A stretch of DNA of 64,000 nucleotides from the human T2T-CHM13v2.0 reference genome, Homo sapiens, in the NCBI RefSeq assembly GCF_009914755.1, contig NC_060942.1. One strand, written 5' to 3'. Of this stretch, positions 17,483-32,170 are shown in pieces. The notes under the pieces were generated by a model, which ran no database searches, had not been told where the DNA came from, and saw only the letters and a list, made by a program, of their open reading frames with translations. Both the position numbers and the translations under genes were made by a program. Position 1 is the first letter of the stretch; every line of letters starts with the position of its first letter.

Positions 17483-20400
17483 TCAGCCCGGCCTGGGATG
17501 GTGGGGGTAAAATCCTGCTTGGAGTTGGAGGTGACCAGTGCGGCCCGTGGGCAGCCGTCAGAAATGCGCCAGTCAGGGACGCTGCCAGGAGAGCTGCTCT
17601 TCACAGGCTGTTGCCACCTGCTCTGGAACTCAGGAAGTGGGAGATGATGAGTCAGAGTCCATTCTCTCAAGGCAAGACTCCTCCCAGGTCAGGCTCTCTG
17701 GCGCCTTGCTGAATCCCAAGCCTCCCCAAGCCAAGCCTCCTCCGGTTGCCATGCCAACCCCCCAGGAGACACACTCAGCCTAGGAGTCCCAGGGTGGGGC
17801 GGGCAGCGCCCTGGGAAGGAACGGACAGGTGTGAGAATGCAGGGGGCAGGGAGGTTGGAAGAGCAAGTGGGCAAGTGAGATTATCCAGGGCCCAGAGGCA
17901 AAACAGGACACTGGTGTGGCCCCAGACCCTAGCAGCTGTTGCCACTGGAAGCCCATCAGCCCACTGAGACCTAGAACAGCAAGCCGCTGAGGGAGGAGTT
18001 TGCTGTCATTAATGTCACCTCCATCCCAGCTGAGCAGTGGTCCTCTGTGGCCAGGGACACAAAGAGGAGAAGAGGAGCCCTGCTCCATCCACCACTAGAG
18101 CCGGCTTCGGTGACTAGAGAGTGACAGGAAGACAGAAGCGAGTATTCCATGGTGGAGCCTCTACAAACACATTGGGTGACAACTTTTTAAGATCAGCCTG
18201 TTGACAGGAGTTGGCCCAGTCCCAGGGATGTGGCCATCCCAAGCTACACACCTAGTTATAGATGTTGTTAGGGACTTTATTCATCTTGATAAAGAAGCAA
18301 ATCTTTAAAAATACTTCTTAAATTGAGAGGCATCTAAAAACCCAGCTTAAATGACAGGAGAGGCGGCAGACAGTAAAACCTTATTCAGTGACCTAAGAGT
18401 GGCCTCTGTGTGAGAGGCCAGTTGGTAGAAAGGACCCAGGTGTCTAGAGAAAATTGAGCCAGGAATCTCTGTGGCTACCGAAGGTCTCCTGTGAACCCTG
18501 AGTTCTACTCAGACTCCGTCTCCCCTGTTAGGTGCCTTGCCAAGCAGCACCAAAGCATGTGATTCCCTGGCTCCCCAGCTCCGCTGCACTGCCACCCCTG
18601 CCTCGTGTTCATATAACCCTGTCCAGATCCAACCCCACTGAATCCTCGGCTACAACTCTGACTCTTGCAAAGGATTAACCAACTCTTGGGGCCACAAGAC
18701 TTGGCCAGCCCAGTGAATGGGGAGCCCAGGGCTGCTCCAGACTGGATCGGGACCAGGACGCTGGTACTATGACCACCATCAGTCCGAAGCTCCTCTGTAC
18801 AATATTATCAAATCCACAAGATAAAGCATTTCTTGTGTCTTTTCCACCATTACTTTGAAAACCTTCACTACACCCTGGGAGGACAGGCAATAAATGCTCT
18901 AATGCCTATTTGCAGCATCTTATACACCAGATGCTTCAAGAAGGAAAGATTAATCCAGGCCAGGCTTTGACTCCTGTCTTTGAGAGCTCTGACATCTCAG
19001 TCATCTTCTCAGGAAAGCCCAGAAAATCCAATACCCCTCCCGAAATGCTCAAGCAGAGGTGATTGTAAGATCCATGTCACTAACGGTGGCTTTGTGCTAA
19101 GACATGCCTGGGTGTCTAACCCCCAACCCCCTACAAATCCCAGAAGGCTGAATTCTTAATGTGCTAAGGGGAATTATATAGAGCTATGCTTCCCAAACTT
19201 TGTAGGGGTATTGGAACCACCTGGGAATCTTTAAAGCTTGAAATCAACAAATTTAGAACAAATAAAGGGAACATAGTGCTGGCCACAGTGGTTGTAAACT
19301 TGTGGAGACACGAAGGCCCAAAGTCCTAAAGCCTAAAATTACAAAAGCTTACAGAATAATGAATTCAATTCATAAGGAATCTTGGAAATGAAAAATGAGC
19401 ACATCTGAAGATGGCGCTAAACTTTTCAAGTTGCTACCAGGAGGGACAATCACATCCTCCCCTCTACACAGACCCCTTCCCCACCACTCCAGCCTCAAGC
19501 CATTTCCCCTGACTTCCCTTACACTCCCTGTGAGACTGCCAAGCACCTTGTGCTGTGGTTACTTGTGTATACACTGTCTCCTCTCTGCCTGAGGTCAGTG
19601 CTTCACCAGCTGGCACACGGTAGGCAGGAATGCTTGCTAAGTAGGTGAATATACATCACCAACAGCCCCTGGAACCTGCTGCAGCTGGCTCTCCTTAGGG
19701 GTCCTAGCCTCTGTCTGGGCAAATGAGGAGGACCACGTTCTGGAAGGAGTCCCTCAGCAGGCTGCAAACTGGAGCCCTCCTCCTCCTCCTCCTCCTTGCC
19801 CGGCCAGCAGCACAGGCCCCTACTCATGACCCAGTGTCACCACCCCAGCAGAGGGGCCCACTGCACTGTTTTCTTTTGCTCTCTTAAGGTAGGACTCCTA
19901 AGGTAGGACTGACTACCCACCTCTTTCCAGTCACTAACTCTCCTAAGTGTGGCCTTGGCAACCTTGTGTTGGTGTGCCGTGAGCTAACGCAGTACCTGCA
20001 TGGTGCACAGCCCTCTTTATAGGGTGATTGTTCACTGCACTACTTGGTCAATGGCCCTCCAGGGAACATAGGCCACCAAATGCATTTCCTAGGCTGCCTC
20101 CTCTACCTGGCAGAAGCTGGCCAGGTAGGTTTCTTTAACATGGTGCATTTCTTTTCATAAAGCCACCAGGTAACACACGTATATGCAACAGAAAGTGACT
20201 TGCAGACAAAGAGAGGGAGAGAGAGGGAGGGAGGGAAGATCATGTGTATGTAAGTGCTATTCAGCTGTGAGTCTGGGACCCCACTTTTCCTCTTGGGATC
20301 AAGTGAACTGGCCACCCAACCACAGATGATCTGGTTATAAAGTGAAATGACAGCCATGGCCGGACTCCTGGACTGGATGCACTACGGGCACATGAACGTG

Positions 20401-21221
20401 CTGCACTCTACAGGCACGTTCAGCTCCAGAAGGTGATCGGCACTGCTGAGCCCCGCCCTCCGACTGCCTTCACTCCTGTCTGGGTGCCTTGGTCCATGCT
20501 TTTCTTCTCCCTCCCCCTCTGCCAGTCTCCATGATTTACATCCCCTTCATACCTCCTGTCTCAGCTCAAGCCTCATGTCCTCCCAAAAGCTCGCCCCACC
20601 ATTTATTCTCTTCCTGTAATACTCATTGTTAACTCAATGCAGAATCATGCTTTTAAAAACACTATCTACTTTCTCTTCTTTATTACATACCTTGCTTCCC
20701 CTACTGACCAATCTGCAAGCTCTCATAAGACAGGGGCCCTCTTCCATTTCTCTGGCACCTGCTGGGGCTCCTTTGGTGACTGTCTGCAAAGAGGCCCCAA
20801 CAACTTCTTCCACTACTCCTCCCCTCAAGAGGTAGAATCTCTCTCTCACCATATCTGGCCTAGCCATGAGACTGGTTTTGATCAATGGGCAGAAGCAACA
20901 GTTAGTTCAGGGACTGAGTCTTGAGGAGTCTCGCTGTTCCTGCTTTCATCCTCTTGGAAGCCAGCAGCCAGGTAAAGCAGCTCAGACCAGTGAAATTCAG
21001 CAAGAAGGCAGGTGACGCCCCCCAGCCAACGACAAGGCCCCAGACACAGGAGTGGGGCTGTCTGAGATCTTTCAGCTCCAGTGAAGGGGTCTTGACCGGA
21101 GACTTCTAGAATCTCTGTTCCTACTATAGGGCCAAGGGTCATGAACCTTGTCAGTTTTGCCAAAGGCAACCCCGATCCCATTTGCTTCTAGAACGTGACT
21201 TCCCAAAGCTGGGGTCCACTA

Positions 21222-21800
<579 letters not shown>

Positions 21801-23334
21801 CTACATCTGCCCCAAAGTTCACAAGAACCTCCTTCTTAAGATAAAACTCTGGCAAAACTGAGCTAATTATATTATTCACATATTTTCCCTGTGGCAGATT
21901 CTCCACAAGTTTTAGAAAGGCAAAATATTAGCCCCTTTTTTATCTTTACCATTATTACTAGCCCCATTTTATTTTATACATACAATTATTGCATATACAA
22001 TTTTTACATACAAGTTTCCTCCAGCCAAAAATGAAAACTAAGACTATTTGCAAATGATCTTGGGGAAGGTGTAAGATCAGCTGGTGTCATGACAAGAAGC
22101 AGAGAGACCTAGAGATCTTGCAAAGATTGAGGAGAAGTCTTATAACATTCTGAGTCAAAAGGCCCAAGACCAAGAGGTGCCAGTTACCTGGGCAATGCTC
22201 CCATCATAATAGAAGGCAAGAGATTAATGAAGGCTCACAGGCAGCCGCATCTTCAGGAAGTTAGATGCTAATATGACCATGATGTTGTCCTTCTTGGACT
22301 TAGTTACTTAAACCAGCTTTCCGATTCAGTGCAGCAGGCTTCATATGGAAGAAAGCTAGGGTGCTGGGGGAGAGGTACTGTACTGTAAAGAGCTTCCAGA
22401 CATGGTTACATGGAAAAAATCCACCCCAGTGTCTTCCAGGAATGCACATAACAATTATGACCAAGGTAGGCACACAGGTAGGAACTGGTTGTGCCTCTAA
22501 CACAGCTGTTGGAGGCCGTGGCTGCCCTGGAGGAAGGCGCCATGTTTTTTACAGTTCTGATGGTTTGGGAGGTGAGAATTATCATAAGACAGGTGGGACC
22601 ATGTCTACAAGGGAGCAAGAGAGAGAGGGAAAGTCTACACTGTTGATATAAGCAACCACATTTTATGTAGCTGAGTCAGCTCCATAGCAGCACTGGGTGT
22701 AACACCTGACTCCCAGTGGCTCCTCAACAAAGTTACATGAATGAAGAAGTGATTGAGAAAATCACTCATTCACTACAGGCAATATTACCTATTACTAAAG
22801 AAAAATAACATGAGATTTGTGGAGGATAATTGGGTAATTAAATCAGGATTTTAAATGAAATACAGCATTTAGATAATATCCAATATTGGCTACAGTAAGC
22901 ACATTAAAAGTAGTCACCAATAAGTTATACATTTAATGAGAGAGAACAGACACTCTTGGGTTCTAGGCGAGCTGCCCTGAGGATTTCTCTCCTGCCTTGT
23001 GCAGCACGTTCACTGTTCATGTCTTATTCTCCAGGTGGACTGTAGCTGACTCAGCCAGGGTCTGTTCCTACTTAAACATTAGGCTAGCCACCTCATCGTG
23101 CAGGTGAGAAAACTAAGGCCAAAAGAGCTCTGAGGCCACGACCAGTGGCAGGGCTGATTCTAGAAACCAGGACTCTTGATTCATAGGTCTGTGCTTTATT
23201 AATGCATTCAGTTGCCGATTCATGAAACCATGTCTGATCTGCTGATGGAGAGGCACGAGGAATCACCTGGCTTCACACAAGGATCCTTCCTCCAATAAAA
23301 CAAACTACTTGGTGGGACAGAAATCTGATCTTAT

Positions 23335-23540
23335 TGAATAATAACCATGATAGTAATAGAAGTAGCAGCTAATATTTATTATTCCATGGTTACGTATCAG
23401 GCATGTGCAAAGTACTTCACCTGTATTAACCTTATTCCTTATAATGCCCCGTGAGGAAGGTCCTATTCCATTCACAAGGAAACAGACCCACCATGTCACC
23501 TTGCTCACAGATTGTGGGGCCACATCTGAACCCAGAGAAA
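23335..23540 (-). mobile_element. MIR
   Basis: agctaatatttat...aggcatgtgcaaagtacttcac...ttgctcacag; approximate bounds. Confidence 0.6.
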
Positions 23541-24461
23541 CACTACCCTGTCAATCAGCTGAGTAAACTTTCTTTTTCCAAGAAGAGATGCTCTTGGTGC
23601 AACAGTACCTCTACTACATCCTCAGCAGGCGGCAAGGAGAAGCAGCATGAGGGCTTCTGGCTCCTGCTCCGCCACCACCTGGCTGAGGGAGCTGGGTCCA
23701 GCACTCATGCCACCTTGTTGAGTCCCGGTTTCCTCTCTGGAAAGCAAGCTCGATGACTACCAGTCCATCTCTTGTTGAGTCAGGCTCCAATAGGCAAAGC
23801 TATGCCACAGCTCTTAAAAGCCACCTGCAGTCAACTGGCCTATGGTGTGACCATCACATGGTGTCCTTTTGCTGCATGCCTACCCTGTCTGGCTAAGCTG
23901 CTCACCCACTGCTGAGGGCCAGTGGGTTTCAGGCACAGACTCTGGTATCAGCTGGAACCAGGTTCAAATTCTGGATCTTCTGTTTCACCAGCAATTTCCT
24001 TAAACCCTCCGGGCTTCAGTGTCCCCACCCCATGAAGGTGCTGTGAGGCCAGATGTCAAGGCGCATGCACTGCACTTGGCTGCCATCAGCTCCAGGGAGT
24101 CCCGGAGATCAGGACCAGCACACGTACTGATGGCAGGCTCTGGGGGCACAGGTTACATTTGGAGCACAGCCAGCAGCACAGATCAGGCAGACATTTTTGG
24201 CTGATCCTGCAGTTAGGAGGGCCAATATGTAGTGTGAAAGCAGCACAGGCCCAGGATTCCCCAGAGGTATGTTTCCTTCTCAGCCTTGTTCTAAAGAGCT
24301 GTGTGCCTGCCGCTATGTGACCTCCTGCTCTTGTCTCTTTCTTCACCTATAGAACAAGTAGGCTGGACCTCAGGAGGTCCACTAAATGCTATCACCTTGA
24401 CCCAAACAACCAGCCACCCTCAGCCATATCTGTACAGCCTGGGCACAGTGACAGATGGTCA

Positions 24462-24797
<336 letters not shown>

Positions 24798-25838
24798 TCA
24801 AGAACTCCCATTTTCCCTTCCTCCTCTCCTGTCACCTGCAAACAGCATCTCTCCCATAAGTCCTCCAGTTTCAGGTACTGTCCTGGAAGTGGGTTCATGT
24901 GGTCTCATGTGGGGCCTGCTAATAACCCCAGGTGGGAAAGCATGCTGCCCCAGAGACAGCAGAGGGCCAGCTTGTTCTGGTAACTCTGTAAATGGCAGCA
25001 AGGCAGCAGTGTGGGTAGTGTGGAAGCATTCACATAGCCTCACACATGGTGCTTCCCTCAATCAGATTGATTCAGACAAGCACAGGGAGAGATGCAAAAG
25101 GGGCTGGGAGGAGAGAACCCTAAGTGTGCATGGAGGAAGCGGGAGGCAGTGAGCAGGCTCATGGTGGGGAACACATTGCATCTGCAGAGCAGCATGGGAA
25201 GCCCCTGGGGGACGTCAGGCCCACCCAGGGTAAGGAAGGAGACTGCAGACACTACCTGCTTTTCAATGCAGATCTTTCTGGGACTCCTTAAAGGCACAAA
25301 AATATTAACTAATCTTAACTTCAGCTCTCCTTGCAGGGTCTTTCTCCAATAGCTAAAACAAGTTTTGTGATGCCCTAGATGAGAACTGAATGATGTCTCC
25401 CCTTGACCTTGGGACTGGGGTGCGTTACCACTTTTTACTCAATTTGGGAAAGCAGAACTCTTTACCCCTCTACATGCAAACTCTTTTGCTGTGTCCAAGT
25501 CACCCAGTGTCTGCCCCATGCCAGCAAGGGCAGCTCCTGGAGGTCAGGTGTGTCCAATGTTCCACCTCCACCTAGGTCCTCAACCTGCGCAGCCCTGGGC
25601 ACACAGAGATACTCAAGGGCCAGCAGAGTTGGGTGGAGGAGGGCAGGTAGGGGCCTGCTGCCCCCAGCAGGACTCTGCCGCACCTCCCTGCTCCTAACAG
25701 CCTCTGTTCCTGGAGTACTCCTCCTGCAGGCCAGATTCCAGCTTTCCAGGCAGGAATAATGGAGCAAGAACTGCATCCAAACAGCCCTAAATGAGGACCT
25801 GTAATCCCCTCGTCCTCATTCCCAGGGTGCAAACCATC

Positions 25839-26008
25839 TGTAAACCAAAAATAAAATCCTAAGGCCCCCCACCATCTGAAGGGACTTCCTCCTCAGCCAG
25901 GGCTCTTTTAATGTTTAACCTGAGAGACTGTTTCAGGCCACGATAGGAAGTGGGGGTCGGATGTGCCTCATTATACCTCTCCATCATTAACATCAACATA
26001 GACTTTAA
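25839..26008 (+). mobile_element. MER4-family LTR 5' fragment
   Basis: Starts TGTAAACCAAAAATAAAATCCTAAGGCCCCCC, a MER4-type terminus; truncated. Confidence 0.75.
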
Positions 26009-29000
26009 CAAATCCCAAACTCATAACTCAGCATCATCCCGTCTCAGATGTTAGTGCCTGCATTTTACTACGGCCTTTCATGGCTGGTGCTTTAACCCAA
26101 AGGCACAGCTCACTGGAGGACTGTAGGCACCCACTGCAGTGATTCTTGGGGAGGGCCGGAAGTAGAGCGCATCAGCGCTGAAAGGGAACAAGTGCAGGGA
26201 TCCTGGGCTCCACCCACCTCCTTTCCCACACCAGAGAGACACTGACTCCTGCGCCAGGACCCAGGGTCTCCAGACCTTGAACTAAAGCTCCTTTCCAGCC
26301 TCCAGCCCCCCACCCCCCAGGGAGGGGCTGCTGGGGCTCTGTCTCAGAGGTTCACCTCACCTCTGTCGTCCCCGTAAAGCTACAGACTGCAGAGCTCTCT
26401 AGGGTGGGGCACGCGAAGCTGACTCACACAAGAAAGTTAGGATTAATGAATGCCCAGGCCACCAGCCTCACAGGGCCATACTCCCAGAATTCTTAATTCT
26501 GTAACAAGCCAGGCACTATTGACAAAGATAAAAGTAGAGAACTGTGCAGCCCAGGCAGCCCACAGTGCTCAGGAAATCAGACACACGAGTAAACTAAAAA
26601 CCAGTCAACCAACTTGCTTCAGCCGTTGGTTCCCAGAGGAAAGAACCCCTGGAGGAGCTCCTCCAGCTCCACTTAGGCCATTATGGGCCAAGGCCAGGGA
26701 GGGAGCGCCACCTCCTGGTGGGAAAAGAAAAAGCCCAAACTACTTGGCTCAGGATTTTTTGTTGAAAATGTAAGTGCTTGATATCAATTAATAAATCTAC
26801 AAATATTTCCAGAGAGACCACTGTGACACACAGAGATAAGTTAACTCACTGCAGTCAGTCTCCAGCCACAGGGGGCAGTGAGGCTCGGCATCCAGGAAAC
26901 TGGCTGGAGAACCTAGCATTGGGGCAACTCCCAGCCCCACCTGTAATGAGCCCGTGGCCCGGGCTAATCACCTCCACGCCCTGGGCCTCTCTTTCTTTAC
27001 GGGTAAAGTGAAAGTAGCCTACTGAATTATCGCAAAGGTTTCTTCCAGATCTTTAATTACTAACCTTATTGCAAAGGTTTCTTCCAGATCTTATAAAAAG
27101 CCAGACAAGGCCTAGGATAATATTTACTTGGCCTCTGTGAAGATATTGGAAAAACAGGATCTATCAACCACGGCCCCGCCACAGTTAAGAACCTGCCTTC
27201 CTGGGGAAACAGACAAGGTTCCTGCCAGCTCAGAGATGGTCAGTTTCCCGGTTCTAAAAAGCCCACTGTGTGCTCCACAGACAGCCTAACTTCTTTAGTT
27301 CATACCCAAGCTTTCTATTCAACCTCCTAGCATATTCCCTGGGACCTCTGGGAAATGGAAGGCACACTCCAAACACCAGGAACAACAGAGAAACATCTGA
27401 GGCCCTAGGCCTGGCCATATGAGGGTGAACAGTTTGTGGATTAATATGACCTAGCCATGAAATTACAGCAGACCCAAACTGTGCTGCCAACTCAGGACCA
27501 GCAGAACTTTGGGGAACATAAGGAAATGATCACCTCCTTGAAAAAAGCCAAGAGCTCTTAGTCAGGACTGGTTAAAGCTGGGCCCTCTGGGGAGGGGCTG
27601 GGCAGAAGCTAGCTCTTCCCGCCTTCTTTGCCATTCTGAGCAAGGCAGCCCACAGCAGCCGAGGCTCAAGGTCAAATGAGCCAACAGCTCCGAGCAAATC
27701 TTGAGACTGCACACAGTTCCTTGTCCAACACAGTCTCCGCTGTCCCGGACAGGCCCCTGGTGTGTGTATTGGCGGGGGGCGGCGGGTGTGAATAATAACC
27801 CCAGGTGCGCCCGACCAAGCCCAGGTGCCAATGCCTGGAGGCCTCCTGTCTTGCCGGGGACCTGCTGGATGGAGAGGAGCTGCTAGGAGGTTTTCTGGGA
27901 CCTCGGGAATGCACCAGTCTCACTTTGGAGTTTTACACTCTTGATAAGGCTTGGGTAGAAGTTGACAGGAATCAAAGGAGCACTGTCAAAGAGCCAGACC
28001 AGAGCCCTGGCCACACTCCTGCCCCTACCTAACTCTGACTTTAAGTGCTCACCCCGAGGTGAGGTTGGGCTGAGGGCAGTGGCAACTTGTGCCCTCCTAA
28101 ACCACTTCCCCATCCTTCTCCCATATACAGCCCTGAAAAGAAGACAAACTGCCCAGCACCCAGCTCATGTTCACAGCCCTCTTCCCCCTTCATTTTCCTA
28201 TATATAAAATGGTGATAATGATGCTGGTGTCTCTTAGTTCCCAGAGGTAAAAAAGGAGAAAGCTTTGTGGAAGCAGAAGTGCCACCCGCATTCCTGCAGC
28301 TCCTCTCAGAGCAGCTCCTCAATAATAGCTTCTCTCCCCAGAGTTCAAAACAAGGGAAAAGACACAGTTATAGGGACCAAAACAAAACTCTACAAACTTA
28401 TGAAGGTTAGCAAGTGATAAAAGTTCTGAACTTGAGGATCATGAATGCTTAAAGAGGCTATGACTGGGAATGTGATGGAAGCCCCCAGAAATCTAAGCAA
28501 AATTCAGCATATGAGTGTAACTTCCTCTAGGGAGAGGATAGATGTCATCAAAATTCTAAATGGTCTTTCACAAATCACACATGTGTAGATATAATTTATA
28601 TTTAAACAGTAGAACTCTCCATTACAGGAAAACTGTAGGAAACGCAGAGCAGCTGTCTATCTCCAAAGCACCCCAGTTGCCAGGGTGGCCCTCATGGTAA
28701 TGGGAATCCCCTTGTCATGGGCTCCACAGAATCCCAGTTGGGTCCCTGTTCCCTGCCTCTCCTCCCTCAATGCTGGGATTTGCAGCAATCATGAACACTT
28801 CCCAAAGCTAAAGGCCAGACTGGGAGAGAGGCAGGCCCACCATGGCCACTTCCACAGCACCTGGTGCAGCACACACTGCGAAGCTGGCTCTTCAGGCCTC
28901 CACTCCCCAGGGCAGCCAGCTCCTTTTCTGTACTTAACTCAGTTTCACAGGCTATTAATTTCCTATTGTACACCAGGCTTGCTGGGAACAGAATTATTTT

Positions 29001-29748
29001 AAGATATAATAAAAGCTATTTTTATTTTATCACCATCATTATTATTGCTGTAAAGGAAGACAAATCCAGGGTATTAAGCAGCCCCTGGGAAAACCTAAAC
29101 TGGGGTCTGGATCCCTGACAACCGCTGCATGAATAAAAGAGGCTGCCAATGGTGACGGCTCTGAAGATCGGGGAGATACGCACACCGCTTGTCAGACCAA
29201 GCACACAGCTGCTTCTTCCCTTCTACTTTAGTATCACCTGGGCTTTTTCTTATTCATCTCATTTCTTATCTTCAACCCAAGATAATTTAAAATGACTAAA
29301 TCTTGACTCCAGTTTTAGCACTGAGAGAGTCACCTTCATTCCTTTTCTCCCTCCTTTAGGGAAAAGAATTATACCTCTCTTGAAATAAATTTAATTTCCT
29401 CCTGGAGCCTGTGACACCACCTTCAACTTCTGATTACCTACTCAGTGGCTGGAAACTGCCCCAGCCTGAGTCAGGCCTTCCGGATTCTACCTTGACTCAG
29501 GCACAGGCCACCCGTGGGCCTAAGCTGTTCCACCCCCCCGGGCCTCAGTCTCCTTCTCTGCAGAAAGAGGGACTGGATGAAAAGATCTGGGAATCAAAGT
29601 ACCAGAAGTCTTCAGTGACTCTGTGACATTCTTGCAAAAAAACTTAAAGTGGCACTCACAGTGCCACCTAATGACATTTTTGGGAAATGTTTGCTATTTT
29701 CACCAATTTTGAACAAATACTTGATCAACATTCTATTAGTTGAGGTAA

Positions 29749-30087
<339 letters not shown>

Positions 30088-30149
30088 AGACAGCTCCGTT
30101 TTTATAGGTGCCCACAGGGGCATGAGGAAGCAGATGATAACAACAGTAT

Positions 30150-30360
30150 CACGGCAGTAACACTCATCATGTGCGCACCACAGGCAGGCACTGTCCTAAG
30201 TCCCTTACACAGGTGATAGGAGCTCACCCCATCTTCCCAAAGCCACAGGAAGGATGCCGCTATGGCTGTCCCCAGTTCACAGATGAGGCAACTGAGGCAC
30301 CTATCGGTCATGTGACCGCTACTAAACCGTGAGGAGTGGACTCTGCAGTGCACCTTCTCA
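30150..30360 (-). mobile_element. MIR
   Basis: aggcactgtcctaagt...cacagatgaggcaactgaggcac. Confidence 0.65.
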
Positions 30361-31015
30361 GACACTCTGCCTTGGGGGTCTGCGTTCTGTCTGCTGACAA
30401 CGCTTGGCCCTGCTGCTGCCCTCAGACAATCACTCTTGCTTGCCTTAACCCTGGCTCAGCTTATTTTCGAGGGGACAGTGGTTGCTAAACTCACATCCAG
30501 GGAGATCTCATTTTGGCTAAGACGGTGGAGGTGAAATGCTTCCATTCCACCCCCAAGTGCCCAGCTTGGGTTCCATCTGTTCTGAATGACAGAGGGTGGG
30601 CCCCCACTGTGTGACACACACTGCATGCATGAGAAGGGCATTGCAGCAGATGGCTAAGCAGCCCTCTGCTGCCAGTTAGCCACCCCCCACCCCCCTCCCC
30701 AGCCAGCATCCTCTCAAGAAGAAAAGCTGTTCTCAGCCAGACCTTCCTATTCCACTCCTGTCATCCTCCCAGGGAAGCTCCTTTTTCCTAATCCTTTTCA
30801 GGGGACCTGGGCTCTAGATGCTGAGAGCGTGTTGCTCGAGCCTTGCTGAGCTAACAGTAGGGCAGGGGTTCTGAGTCAGTCTTTCTGTGTCCTCTAATAA
30901 ATAATTCTCTGATGCTGAGCACATGGTCATCACCTGAGGAAAACCCCAAACAGACTCGTTTGGGCAGGGCCCTTCTCCGCGGCCTCGTCCAGCACATTTG
31001 ACCGCGGCGGCCTTA

Positions 31016-31117
<102 letters not shown>

Positions 31118-31930
31118 CTAGAAAGCCCCAGATAAAAAAATAACTCTGGTTAAACAATTGCCACAAAATGGCTTTATATACAAACAGGTATAAAAACATG
31201 CCTTTGGGAAAAGACAAAGGCCTGGAAAGAACAGAGATAACCACAATCAAACCCACGCCAGGAACATGACTCCAAAAGGTCATCTTGGAAGAGACACAGA
31301 ACAACGAGGCCAGGCTGAGACAGAGCTGCATGTGGGGCGGTGGGGGAAGATGGCCAGGAGGTGCCCCTGGGAGGAGAGAGCACCCAAGTCCAGAGCACAC
31401 AGGTAGACCCTGGTTCAGCTGGAATCCTCCACACTCCTCAGCACCTGCTTACCCCAGCTGTCCCGAGGCTCATGCCCAGAAGTGGCTCAGGTTTTTAGAG
31501 CCCATGGAGTGACCCACGTGGCCTCTGTCCCCACCCTCTGGCTCTAGTCTGCCCCAGAAAGTGAGAACATTAGGAAAATACAGTGAATAGGACTTGCCAC
31601 CCTGGGGGACTGAGGAGGACCAATGACTCTCTCCACTTCAGAAAGCAAACAGCAAGGGGTATAAGGTGAAAAGGCCACCCTGAGGTTACCTATTAAACAT
31701 CTTCATATTAACTTCAGAAGAGTCCAGAAGCTTGTAGCTGCATCCCCCAGGGAAGGTCATGCTGACAGGGCAGCAAGGCTTTTGCTCTGCCTTTTTGGAG
31801 GAGACCCCACAGCGAGAGACTCTGCTCTTTCAGGTTTTAGACCCTCGTGGGTAAAGATAATTAAAAAAACACTAATCTACCACCTAGGGTCACCCCTCGG
31901 CAGCCCCACCGCGGGCCGCCATCTTGTTAC

Positions 31931-32170
31931 CGCGTTCCTGCCGGCGAGTCGCCGCTGGTCGGCGCTCACGATCTGGGTCCTGAGGATGAGCACCTCCTCC
32001 TTGCGCACCTCGAGCTCCTCGTGGGCCAGCTTGAGCTGGTTCAGCAGGAGGCTGTAGCTATCTGGGGAGCCGTGGCTGGAGTTATTCTGCGTGGCTTGGT
32101 CGGCCACGGCTTTCCTCAGCTCATTCAGGTCATTCTTCAGCTTTTTGTTCTCTGACTCCAGCTCTTGCCT
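31931..32170 (-). CDS. MYO5B: MYO5B exon 28 (RQELESEN...AGRNA)
   Basis: TTCCAG| acceptor, GCG|GTAACA donor, 240 nt. Confidence 0.96.

Noticed and set aside
19885-19910. Short tandem duplications (also 54410-54441)
   Set aside because: Ordinary 14-16 bp slippage events.
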